Source: Yuukianura sp. NJ FZ-2021 (lineage: Eukaryota). Taken from it: a stretch of DNA of 64,000 nt. Both the position numbers and the translations under genes were made by a program. Below, one piece after another: positions 13,892-34,934 of the stretch (within the stretch, counting starts at the first letter, position 1; each line of letters begins with the position of its first letter). The DNA lies in the NCBI GenBank assembly GCA_046563655.1, contig CM102290.1, forward strand, positions 9,362,001-9,426,000. Reading direction: 5' to 3'. The notes below the pieces were generated by a model. That model had not been told where the DNA came from. It made no database searches and worked only from the letters and a program-made list of their open reading frames with translations.

Positions 13892-15158
13892 TCAGGGAGT
13901 TTGTAGCGTTCCAGCTCCGATACCGAATCCAACTCCTATCGTACCGTACTTGTGTTTGTAGCAACCTGAGATACGACATAGAAAATTATTATTTGACTTT
14001 TCGGAATTTGAAATTTTACTTGCTCCGTTTGAACTCTGACCTTTGCAGTACAATTGACCGTGATGCTCATTGACAGTGGTCGAATCCAAAGTTTTCCCGC
14101 ATGAGTAGCAAACGAAGCATCGGACATGGTAAATTCCACGGTAGCCCATTACTTGCTCAGCGAAAAAGACTTCTCTTCCTAAATGAAATATCACAAGAAA
14201 TCAATTAGTTAGAATCAATTACCCGGCTATGATAGTTAATTGAGTTTGGCTTTAAATTCGAATAATGGACGGTACCACATCGCTGACATTTCGGAACTGC
14301 TCCGCCAGAGGACTTTGGCCGAGATTGTGATTTTGGCCGACGGGAAGAGGAATAAGAGGATACCTGGGGCCGACAAGTACATTTTGGAGGAGCCGTTTGT
14401 GTACGCGGGTAGCACTGCTCAGGAGTCATACATCCAGTCCACTGAGCCGGACTGTCGTTTCTGCAATACTGTTGCGTCGAAGGTGGAACGCTGTAGTCCC
14501 GACGTCTAGACGCACCGGATCTTTTGGCCTCTTCAATTGAACGCTTGTATCGTTCCTCGTCTCGGAGATATGAGACGTTGTAGGTCTGGACACGCGGTTT
14601 CGAGGCACGACTGTCATTACCATTGGCATCACAGTTGGCACAAGGGCAAGTAGGCACGACTACTTGTTTCGTGTAGTGTCGTGGAACTGGAAGACGCGGT
14701 ATGTACCCCTGCCCTTGGCGACTCGGCGGTGGAACGAAGACTTGGTCAGGCAACGGCGGAGCGTCAGGAACGTCGCAAGTACAACACTCTGCACAGGGAC
14801 AGGTTCCCGCTGGTGATGAGCTGGTGACATCTTTCCCGGGAAGAATGGAGAGTAGTGCTGGTTTCGTGGGTCCATAGCCATAGCCAGGGATGCAGTAGAA
14901 CTTCTTGTAGCAGGGACGACAGTAGATCTCTCGAGCCTTTACGGATTCATAAATGTTCGTGCTGTCCAAGGTCTTGTTGCAAATTGCTAAACAAACAAAT
15001 CAAACAGTTTAGTAAAAAGTTAAGTTGTAAAAGAATGCCAAGTTACAAATGAAGAACGTACCACAAGTGTAGCATTCGAAGTGCCAACTTGCGCCAAGAG
15101 CCAACTTCTCTTCCGCCACATGTACTTCCTCTTTACAGCGAAAGCATTTTCCAGGCAT
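13892..15158 (-). CDS. Cysteine/glycine-rich protein (CRP/muscle LIM protein family) with two LIM domains, 339 aa; exons 15158-15062, 14986-14276, 14178-14041, 13965-13892
   Basis: LIM1 is CFRC..AEEKLALGASWHFECYTCAICNKTLDST..YCRPCY followed by GYGYG. LIM2 is CQRC..FAEQV..YHVRCFVCYSCGKTLDSTTVNEHHGQLYCKGCY followed by GVGFGIGAGTL. All introns are GT-AG and the exons sum to 1020 nt. Confidence 0.9.
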
Positions 15159-15550
15159 TGTGGTCAACAAGCACAATCCAAAATTTGGAAAAGGAGATGA
15201 TGAAAAAAAGTGGGCTGGAGGATCTCCGATTCTTGAACTAGAAGACTCGTGTGATGACAAGAAAAAGGAAACAAAAGTAAAGAAAACCCGTTTACAAACT
15301 TAAACTCTGGAGGAACATTAATCACCATGGAAAATGAAATGAGAGCTCGGGTTTATTGCAACTAAAACGACGAAAATGTTTGTTAGAATTTCAGCTTAGG
15401 AATTAATTTTCGCTTTGGTAACATGGGAATGAATTGAATGAGATTTCACTGGTTTTTGGTATAGATTCTTTGAACATGCAAGCAGTCTCTGTTGTGGAGA
15501 TTTTTGTTCAAACAAGTTTGTCCGATTTAGCTTGTGTGGAATTTACTTGT

Positions 15551-18316
15551 TCAATCTGCCTTGGGTTCTAAAGCGTAGACGCTGGGTTGAATAAATTCTT
15601 CGACGATGCCTTGAACCATCTCATGCAGAGTTGCTACCACCTTCGTCCAATCTCTACAAATCATGTGAAATTATTGAAACGATTGTTTTCTAATTACATT
15701 AATCACAAGAACTTACTTCTCCTCCGGCGGCGTTCTCAGTTCGGAGTAATATTTGATCTTCGGCTCAGTTCCACTTGTTCTCAGGGTAAGTGTAAGTCCG
15801 TTCTCGAAAGTAAATGTGATCATCTGCGAAGATTGGGAAACAGGCAAAATGGCTTGATTGTTTGGTTGACTTGAGTCGTAGCCAGTAGTAAGGTCACGCA
15901 CGGCCGTAATTTTGTATTTTCCATTCAATATTGACTCTGGATACTGATTACAAGAAACAAACCTCCATAAATACGTAATTACGAATTTAACCTGGGTCAT
16001 GGGTTACTTACAGAAGCATTTCCCCTTTGGTCCTCCCGTCCCCAATGACGAAGCCTTCGGAATATTTGTGCAATGATGTCAGGATTCCGACAGATGAAAT
16101 AGGAATTTTCGGAGACGTGGTAACCATATCTAAAAGCAACATGAAAAAACAGTCACAGTTTTATGCTGAGGTTTCAACTAAAAAATACGTAATAACGTGT
16201 AGGTTGGCTGGACCTACGTTTCATAGATTTTATTAAGCTGATCCGCCAAGGTTAGACCTTCCTGATCCAAAAATGCTGCGAGTTCAGCTAGCTTAATCCC
16301 GGCGGTGATACCATCTTTATCCAAAACAGCAGGAGAAACCATGAATCCAATAGCTTCTTCAAATGCAAAAAGAACTTTGACATTTCCACTCCATCGTGTC
16401 AAATCATAGGCTTTGTTTCCCATCCATTTGAATCCAGTCAAAGTTTCCTAGCACAACAAGTGTTTTAATTTAAATCCACTAACTTTACAACACAACTTCA
16501 GTAACCATAAAGGATAATTGCAACTATAAATTGACTTACATAAAACGTAAATCCCTCTTTCTTAGCCATTGAGTCCAATATTTTAGAAGAGACGGTACTG
16601 GCAATCATGTAGCAATTTTCAATTGGAATTTTGCTATTTCCCTTCTTATGAGTGTACATCATCCACCAACCCAACAGTGCTCCGAGCTCGTTTCCATTGA
16701 AAACTCTCCATTCACCAGTACTATTTTCGAAATGAAGAAAATACAATTCTAAAGAAATCCAAACCTAATTCCAGCTTAATGAATAGCGATGTTCCAAATA
16801 CAAAAAATACCTCTTGTTCTTCTCAGCCACCGCCAGCCGATCAGCGTCCGGATCATTTGCCAATATTATGGGAGTTCCTGCCTTATTCGCTGTAGCGATG
16901 GCATGATTTAGGGCACTCTTCCCTTCTTCTGGATTTGGAAAACGAACAGTCGGAAATTCCGGGTCTGGAAGTCTCTGGCTTTCCACGGATACGAAGGGCT
17001 ACGAAGTACATCATTGTAATGAAGATCACAATTTAGGATCTGCTTGAAAGCTTAAATCCTTACCTTGAAACCAGCAGCTTTAAAAGCTTGGGTCATGTAC
17101 TCCTGACCCACACCGTGCATTGGAGTATACGTAAAACGCAACTTAGTTTCACTGTTTATGTCGGGGGAATAAAGGTCTCGAGTGATGGCCTCGTAGTAAC
17201 CTTTAGACACAACTTCGTAGGGATCTACGCATTTCTCGGCGAGTCCTTCTGTCTCCCATGCCCCATCCCAGGGTTTCAAATTGTCCAGTATGTGTTCTTG
17301 GATTTTCTTGTCATGAGGAGAAACGATCTGGGAAATATATCAAGTATTGCGTAAGATATCTGAAACACTAATACTAGATTTTTGTGTTGAAATAGTCGAA
17401 AGAGAATTACTTGAGCCCCATTCTGCCAGTAGACTTTGTATCCGTTGTCTTCCTTTGGATTATGTGACGCGGTGATCATTACGCCATAGTAATCTGTTGT
17501 ATTCTCTTCATTGGCCACAGGCAAATAGGATACCGTAAAGGGAATGAATGGAGTAGGACAGATGCGTGAGAATAAGTAGACTTTGAACCCTTGAGACAAT
17601 GCAGCGACGGCAGTTAATTCGGCAAATCTAAAAAGGCAAGATATGAAATATGAGAAATCTGCTAACATACAACGAAATATACAAACCTATAAGAATTTAT
17701 ATTATGTCTGTGTCTCATGCTTTACCTTCGAGAGTTATGTCGTCCGTCATACCCAATAACAACACACTGCTTCATGTCAGCTAGCGGTTTCAGTTTCTTT
17801 AAATAGGATACCAACCCTTGACTAGTTTGGATTATGACAAGATCGTTCATGTTCGAATACCCAGCAGCCATACGACCACGGATTCCAGCAGTTCCAAATT
17901 CCAGACGAGACAACAACATTGTGGTCAAGGTTGGGATATCTCTTCTTTCTCCAATTGATATAAGTTCATTTCTTGTCACGTCATTCTGAAATAAAATACA
18001 GAGTGTTAACGTATTGTCAAGTAATCTGCAATTCATCGCAATCTCCGCTGGTGCAGGATAACAACTGACACAATGTAAGAACAATATCGAAAATAGGAAA
18101 CTGACCTGATCCCAGTCCAAGTACTCATTGACCTTCCTGATTAATGGGACTTGATCCTTGCCTAGATGGTACTTGTCACCGCGAACATAAATATGAACAG
18201 TTTCTAACTGTTCTTCTTCTTCTTCTACTTCAGGATCCTTTTCCTTCTCCTCCCTGGAAAACATTAGAAAGCAAACATTAATCGTAATTTTACGTTTTCA
18301 TATATCGAACTTACAT
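15551..18316 (-). CDS. PGM2: Phosphoglucomutase-2 / PGM2L1 family (alpha-D-phosphohexomutase), multi-exon
   Basis: Motifs [10 protein letters not shown], catalytic [36 protein letters not shown], metal loop [17 protein letters not shown] and [13 protein letters not shown]. Stop TGA at 15553-15551. Confidence 0.93.
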
Positions 18317-20667
18317 TTTTGGTCGACCGCTCCAAAAGGACCCCGTTCTTAAAAAAAAACGAAAACCGGGACCGATGGAATCGAGACGTTCAAGTTCCAA
18401 AGCCGAAAGCAAACTGACCGAGCTGGATCCTATGAGTGTAACTTTTGTGACAGATGCGAATTGGGAGGAGGATAAGGAGAAGTTTGAATGATGAAATTAG
18501 AACATCTATAACATATTAAACAGTTATTAGAGTATCACGGTGGCTCCATGGCAACCGGAACAGTACGTCACTTGACACAAGTGGTCATGGGTCAAGAACA
18601 AAGATTAACATTAATATAACGTTGCATAACTTGGCGTTTTCCAGAAAGAACACGTTATACCCTTTACCATAAGTGTAAAATGTACTAACTTCGGGGCTAT
18701 GCTAAATGACTGACTTTGAAATTACTCATCGACTTGGAATTACCGATAGAGCGACTGTTGATGTGCTGATCCTGTGCAATTGTTTAGGTTTGGTGAGCAT
18801 GGTTTTTCGCGCAGTAAATTACATAGTCCATTCTTTTTTAAATTTGTCAATCCCGCAGGCGCTAACCAAATGTAACCTATGAACTGCGCATGATCAACAA
18901 ACACATAGTCGTTTTGTCAGTAATTTCAGAAGTCAGTCGTTTGGCAGAACCCACGGCCTCGTCCAGTTTAGTAGTAACGCCAGCATTTACTAAATAACGT
19001 TTATTAACAAAACGAAAACCTAAATGTACTACAAGAAAGCCTAGGGATGTTCCACTAAAATAATTAACCTTTGATTCAAAGGTCAACTTTTTGTGTTGAG
19101 CACATCCAACAGTCCAAATATGTTCTAATGCAAATTGATACAGGACATGAATTGAAATGAAAATCAGTGGCACTCTGTCGCAAATTATGGTGTTACAGTA
19201 ACAATAAGCAAAAAATCCCAATTGAAATACTTGACCGGTTGAGGTTGGGTACTGATAATCGTCAATCACGCAAGAGCTACTGATGAATATTATTATCAAA
19301 ATAATAACAAGAGCGAAGCGAGAGCAGTAGGTAAACGAATCAGCGAATGCGAATGTCATAAGCATTTAAAAGCGGCGTCGGCGTCCTCTCCTTAAATCTT
19401 TGCGCATGGATAACATGCTAACAGATCTTTAACACTCAAGTACAAGTTACACACTTGCATTAATAATGTAACATGTATTTGTGCTGAAAAAGAATGCCAC
19501 AAATTGTAATTGTAACTCGCAGATTCAAAGATTCATCAGTGTTATAGTCGACCTGTTGTTGCACATTATTTTCCGCACGAAGTCATTCGTTTTGCTAACG
19601 TCATGTCAGATTTAATTTTAATTCGAGGTGGAGTGCGGAGCTTTTTTCTGGAATGTTCATTATGCCATTTGTGTTTGCGGTTTCCTCTCAAGTTCCATTC
19701 CATTTCCAACATTGTTTTTAACGCACTGACTGACTAGGCCTTGTTATCTCTCACTCTGTTCCATTTCTACTTCGTCATGGTGTAAACTATTGTATTTGTT
19801 TGAGGTCCTGTGAGTAGTCGTTGTCAGTCGGCTTCCAGAACTCGGAGGGTGGACATTGTAGTAGCGGTATGTTGTGCTCGCATGCTGTTCATTTGTAATC
19901 ATCAATCACCTGACTTTGTCCTCCGACTTTGTCTTTTTACTACAACTTCACTAGAAACAACGGGAAATTCACCATTGTCGGCAGTAGTCTAATCGGTCAT
20001 TCAGAAAGCATCAAACGAAAGGTTAGGTCACCAATCTCTTCCGTTAAATTCAATCAGTATAATAGGTTTCGTGGCTTTTGCTAATTGATATTACGCTGAT
20101 TAGGTGTCGACCTTCCCGTGACTCTAATAAGAAGGGACTACCCGGCAACCGGTGCCGCTAGCGGCAGGTACGACGTTATATTCGTTTACTTTTTTTATTG
20201 GTTTACATTAATTTACTTGTATTCATCCTATCAAGTTGCGTCTTTTTAGCAGTAGTAATGTCAAGGTCACCCTAATATTATTTGAGTGGAGTAAAAACCA
20301 ATCCTGACCTTGACATCATCAAAAGAACTGCATTAACACACTAGGGTTATTATTCAGGCGCCGTGTCATGTATGAAATATTAATGGAGAAATGAGACATG
20401 TGCATATTAATGTATCGATTATTGATTAGTTTTCTGAAAGCTATTGTATAGCCTTTCCAACAAAACGTTTTTTTTGAACGGTTGACGGGTAACCATCGCC
20501 TTCATATCCGACAAGTTTTAACACATTTTTTCTTTTTGCTATGTTTACAGTCATTCTCATCGGAGTTTCCAGGTCACTTTGTCGTACATACTCCCTACAG
20601 TTTCCGGTTCTGATCTGGTTTCCATCGTCACCATTAAGAGGTGACATTTGACATTTTCAACGCCAGA

Positions 20668-29525
<8,858 letters not shown>

Positions 29526-29862
29526 CTCACGTGAAAATCAAAACTGAACAATAATTTCAGAACATCCAGAACAAACAAATGTCACTAATTTTGAATGTTT
29601 AGCTTAAAATCTTATGTAAAGGACCCGGTCGTAGTACCTTCCAAATAACTTAACAAGCAGGAACTTATTTACTTATAAACTCATTTCGTCTAGATCGTAA
29701 GCTTTACTACGAAATTAATTTTCCGTGTGATAGCTTTCACAATGTACTTCACAAAGTTTACTTGATATTAGTTAAGTTGCAACTTTAACTTAAATCTGTC
29801 AAATAACAATACAACCTGTACTTAGATATTTTAATCTTATAAATTCGGTCCTTGCGTCATAA

Positions 29863-31962
29863 CTACTGCGCTTGTATTGCAGCAGTATTCTTCTCCAGGT
29901 TCTCCTCTATAATCTCTTCAAAATTTAGTTTCTTGAGCTCATCTTCAATGGCTTTACACACCACTGGTTCCAGAGAGTTGATAATTTGTTTTCGGAAGAC
30001 ATTTGGGATGACGTTGAAGAATGCTTCCACAATGTAGTCCAGTGTTCCAGCTCCGTCAGAGAGAACTGCGATATTCCCCAACTCCAGGTCTATTCCATCC
30101 ACTGTTGGCAATTTTTCCAAATTGGCTGGTTGCTGAAGTCGGACTTTAGCGTTGATATACTCCAACGTAAATCCCATGGCGCCATGTTTGGCAAACATAT
30201 TGTTCACTACGCCCAATGTCCAGTTGTATTTTCCTGAAAGATGCAGGCGTTCTTAGACTTTCCTCTTTAACTTTTGATTTATGGACCTTTTTTAAAGGAA
30301 TTTCAATTTTTTTTCAAAATCTTTGAAAATTACGTTCTAGGGAACGGAAAGCGTGAGACCCATTCTCTTCACCTAAAATTTTCAAATGTATCGTCAAATT
30401 TTAGCATAATTTAAAAAAAAATGCAAAACATGTCTCCAGTTTTTGTTGAAAATTTGACCAAGAAGCTGATGTTCACTGAACATTTCATAATTTAAAAAAG
30501 ACTTAAAGTTTTTTGAAAGTTTCTGGCGAAGAGATTAGGTACACATAGTATCTATCGCCCTCCGTTCCTTTGAATTTTCAAAGTTTTTGCAATTTTGTAA
30601 CGCTAAAAAGTTTTTTTTTTTTTTTTAAAAACTGCAATAATTTCACCATAAATAATAACCAACCTAACCAATAATTTCGTCTCATCTTTTAGTCACGTCA
30701 CGACCTACCTTTTAAGTTTTCCGCTCCAACATCGACACTAATATGCATGACATTCTTCTCAAACCCAACAATGATGGATCCTGTCCTGTGAATTGTCGAC
30801 AGTCCGTGAAGGACGCCGCCTGTCAGTTGAAAAGTTGTCCAGGAACTGGCCGTGTACTCCGGCAATGGCATGGGGTCCATCCCAATCTCCCGAATACGAT
30901 TTCTAAATTCAGTTCAAAAAATACTCATTACGGATTTTGTTCTTAAATTGCATCGCCGTTGTACCGAACCTAACTCCTGCAAGCAGCATATCCAAAGGAT
31001 TAATTGAATTTGGAAATTGTTGAACACTTCGAGCCTCTCTGTTCAGAACTCCACGAACCTCCCCTGCAAATGATGACAGCATTTTTTACACAAGTAATAA
31101 AACTTGAACGCACATAACATTAAACGTACCTTTAACTTGGTCAAAAATCAATGGTTTGATGCTGTCAAAAATGAAGGTTCCAACAGAGTTGATCATTCCC
31201 TAATTCACCAAAGAAAGCGAAATTACTAGTAAAAATTCACAAAGTGAGAACTTTCTTTGCTAAATTTCGTACCTGAAATAATTTTCCGAAGAAGCCTAAG
31301 TTTTCAAAATGCATTTTGATATCCTCGAATTTCAAGTCCATAGTAATGGCGTCCGCCTCCACTTGAAGAAATCCACTTGCGTCGACAACACAGAAAGCTT
31401 CAGCCATTGCTTTTACTTGCAGAATAGTGACATTGAAGTTCCCTTTGGAAGTGGAGAACCAGGATGACATGGAGTACTTCCCCAGAACCTGCAGTTCATC
31501 AATGGATACGCCGACACTCACTTTGAGTGCGGAGAGGTCACTTTCGACATGGTCCAGCCGAAATTTGGACAGGCCATGGACATAGGCCGACTCAAATTTC
31601 AAGGTTACTTTGGAGATCTCCTGTGGCTCCAAGTCTGGAATAGGCAACGGGTCTGGAATTTTGTCGTTGAGTTCTTTTGGTAACCCCACTGGATCATCCT
31701 GTTTAAAATGCTCAATCACATTTCGAATGTGTTCATTAATAGCCGCCTCAGCTTCCTTGCGCACACGGGGATTTCCCTTGATGTCATCTCCTGGTCTGAT
31801 ACGAATTCCAGGAACTGCTAAAGTATTTAAAATAATTTTATGTTATAACTTCGACTGAAAGCGTATTGTGTTTGACCTCTTACCTCTCGAAGTACCCAGT
31901 GTTTGTAATCCTGGCATAAGTACGCCAAGGAAAATTAAGCACTTCAATATGTCCTTTGCCAT
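29863..31962 (-). CDS. Secreted tandem lipid-binding-domain protein (JHBP/takeout-like plus group-7 allergen-like, TULIP superfamily), about 6 exons
   Basis: Signal peptide MAKDILKCLIFLGVLMPGLQTLG. Two homologous modules begin IPDPLPIPD..YVHGLSKF and MDPMPLPE..GVLHGLSTIHRTG, the pattern typical of arthropod JHBP/Grp7 domains. GT-AG exons join in frame; stop at 29865-29863. Confidence 0.7.
30300..30610. repeat. Degenerate single copy of the ~318-bp palindromic repeat family (see 51700-52693), inside the last intron of the lipid-binding gene
   Basis: Shares gaacggaaagcg..tctcttcac..tttcaaa, tcgtcaaatttt, ggcgaagag and tctatcgc(c/t)ctccgttcc..tgaatttt..aagtttttg in the same order as the array unit. 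Confidence 0.75.
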
Positions 31963-32312
31963 GTTACAACACTACCCGTGATCTCAAGTCCAGCACTGAA
32001 TATCAGAGTAACACAGAAGCTAAATGATGAATCTTGAGATGAGTTCTGCTTATCTCTTTTTGTAGTTCAGAGGTCAATTCAATTCATCTCTCGACGCATT
32101 TTGTCAACTAATGATTAACTACTAAAGTGTTTTATTCTTATGTAAACAAAGTGAAAAATTAATTTAAAAGAAAGAACTCTGTCCAATTGAAAAAAAAAAC
32201 AAGATGGGACTTATAGAAGATTCAAAGGGAAGACATTGTACAAAATACGGAATGATCAAACATTTTAGACGCTTAATTTCAATGCTGCAAAAAAGTGTAT
32301 GCTTGACTTCAT

Positions 32313-34934
32313 TTACACGCTTCGACGCTCCAGAACGGAATAGACATAAGGGTACCACGGCTTAGCTTCCTCCCCATCGCGATCCATTGCTGAAGGTAAA
32401 AACAAAGTGTTAATAATCTTCTGGAAGATTACATTCCAAACTTTGGCTAACGTATTTATTTAGAAAAGAAAACCCTACCATCTCTTAGGTGTTTTCTTTG
32501 CGCTTGTGGAACCATACAATCCCGAGTAAAGATTATGTTAGTACGTGTTGACCGAAGTGCTCCCTCTGTTTCAAATCTGTAACTCCGGTAGATAGGTTCA
32601 GCACTGTGAGAATAAAATTTTCAACGTAAAGACTGACTCATGAATCCAATTTCGTTCTCTGACTTACTTGGCCACGAGTGGAATTAAGCGGTCAATGGGG
32701 TGATCAAAATGGTAAACATTGTTCCAGTCGAACGGCCCGCTCTTGGGTATTTGTTTGTAGAACGTTTGAGCAAAATGTTGGTTATCCCTAGGAGGCAGTC
32801 CGAATCGACTACTGGCGAGGCAAATAATTTCTACCAAGCAGTAGAGCTTCTGGAAGTGAACAAGACAGTCTCGAAAGTTTTTGATGTTCAAGGAAATGGG
32901 GTCATCGTTTCGATCCAGGAGATGGCACACTGCAAAATATAAAGAATTTGAATGTCAAATGGAAACTCATTTGAAACTGTACCTCTACAACAGTGGAACT
33001 TACTGGTACACAAGAATATAAAATCTCGTTCCAACTTCGTAATTCCAAATTCAATGACCATTTGGTGGGCTAACTTTGGCGTCAGGATACTTCGAAAATT
33101 GCTCAACTCCCCTGTATGGAGGTCCTTCAGAATCTTCACAAATGTTGTTTTGTTTGTCGGCAACAACTGCACATCAAGTAGAGTGAAGTTTTGTAAACAA
33201 CATTTAATTCTTATCATATAGTGCCATTACGTAAGGTTTCCAGTATCCACGTTCTATGATACCAAATATCTCCGCAATACCATCGTAAGCGGCAGGCGTA
33301 CTGGCTCCTAGCAAAAGTTCGAAAAGCGAGTTTTTATTTCAACGGAATTCAATGAAACGGGAAACGCGTTTCGTTTTACCTTTCAACAGTCCCCACACTT
33401 GATCTGTGAAGTCGATGTCAGCTCTATCTCCGTTGGCGACAGATTCCAAAACCGTTTTGAATGAGGTATCAGGTTCTAATAATCATCAACACATCCAAGA
33501 CAACATCTTAAGGGGTGATGAAAAAAACTACTTCTTTGGTAGTTTACTATATAAAAGGTGAACGTTTCAAACCTTTCGACAAAGTCCATGAAGTAGAGAA
33601 TGGCTTTTGCACTAATTCGCGAATATTCTGAACAATGTTCATGTCACAAGAATCCTCTAGATTTTGCGACGAAATGTCCTGATTGCGGTAATACGTCTTT
33701 TGGTACTCTGGAAGGGTCGCACTTTCGTAGCTTGAGATAGTCCGTTCCAAATCGCCAATCTCTTTCCAAAAGTACGTCAGATCCGTTTTCGTTTCAGCAG
33801 GTTTTGGCCAAATCGTCTAGTTGGAAAAAAAATTTAAGCGTAAGTAGTCTCCTCATACAGAACCTCCTCTATCTTATAGAATCTCCTCTATCTTACGACT
33901 TTTGCTTTCGCATGTGGTGGAGGAATTCCGCACAGCAGCTTTGAGTGATCGGTCTCCGTCCAAGAAAATTCAAACAAAACTTTGCCCGGAGAATCGCAAC
34001 CACCTCCATCGATATCATAGATGCTATACACTTGCTGGTGAGCAGGTTTGGAATGGAGCTACAAAACCATCCACGCTTTTAGTACAGGTATTTCTTATGA
34101 AAAAGACGCGAAAAATTATTTTCAATCCAATCTCTATCATTCGTAGCTGGTTTAATTACCTTCTCCGCGCTACTAAGGGTCGGTAAATGAGTAAGCAGAG
34201 TGGAATCCATGTCGAAGGAAGCAAGTTCAGTGTAGAATGGTTCATACGCTCGTAACTCAGTAAACGATTCCTTGTTCCAACCAACCAAAACGAGATCATT
34301 TTGCTCACCCGAAGTTTCACGAATGAAGCAGATCGGCTTCTTTTGCTCCTTTTCGACGAGTGATGAAAGTCCAAGGTACTTTATGAGTCCGTCGTCTCCA
34401 TTTCGTATTCTCCTGATGAGTGTCCTGAAAAAGTTACGTATAAAAACACATCTGAAGTACAAATTTTTGACTAAAACCACTAGAATAAAGAAATGGATTT
34501 TTGTGGCCACCTAATCTCGTGCATATCTTGTGGTTGAAAACCCTGATCGGGAAATTCCAGTCGAGTGAATGTACTGGCACTCAGAACGATAGGTTTTTCA
34601 AAGTCGAATTCTTCAAGAGGGTTAAATGGACACTCCAAAGGATTTCCCTCAGTACTGAATTCCCCGACTTCACATCTACAATATCCAAATAGTACATTAT
34701 GTACTATGTTGTTGAGTCACGGTGAGCGGTTTGCTACATTTCGTGTTCTTACTTATACTTCAACGGCGACCGACCCTCACGATTTTTGAGGAGAAGACAC
34801 AGTGGTTTATCGGATCCCCAAGAATAACTACTTGTAGACATCATGTTGACATCAAACGGGTCATCTCTCATGAAGAATGGGAGTGGTACGTCAACTCGGG
34901 TCAGGCCATCTTTCGTATACTTCTCCTCTGGCAT
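32313..34934 (-). CDS. Zwilch: Kinetochore RZZ complex subunit Zwilch, about 10 exons (start codon uncertain)
   Basis: The spliced translation contains RADIDFTDQVWGLLK (cf. RGDLDFTEQLW), HQMVIEFGITKLERDF (cf. VQMLLEIGLDKLKKDY) and FQKLYCLVEI (cf. VQKLHHILEI), in the order recalled for vertebrate ZWILCH. Stop TAA at 32315-32313. Confidence 0.72.

Noticed and set aside
18877..19365. 162-aa minus-strand ORF between PGM2 and MRP1
   Set aside because: No recognisable motif and no exon structure; it lies in the probable promoter/5' UTR region of the divergent pair.
20153..20166. 14-bp palindrome TGCCGCTAGCGGCA (CTCF-like or Helitron hairpin)
   Set aside because: It is one base short of the CTCF spacing, has no CTRR terminus downstream, and is isolated.
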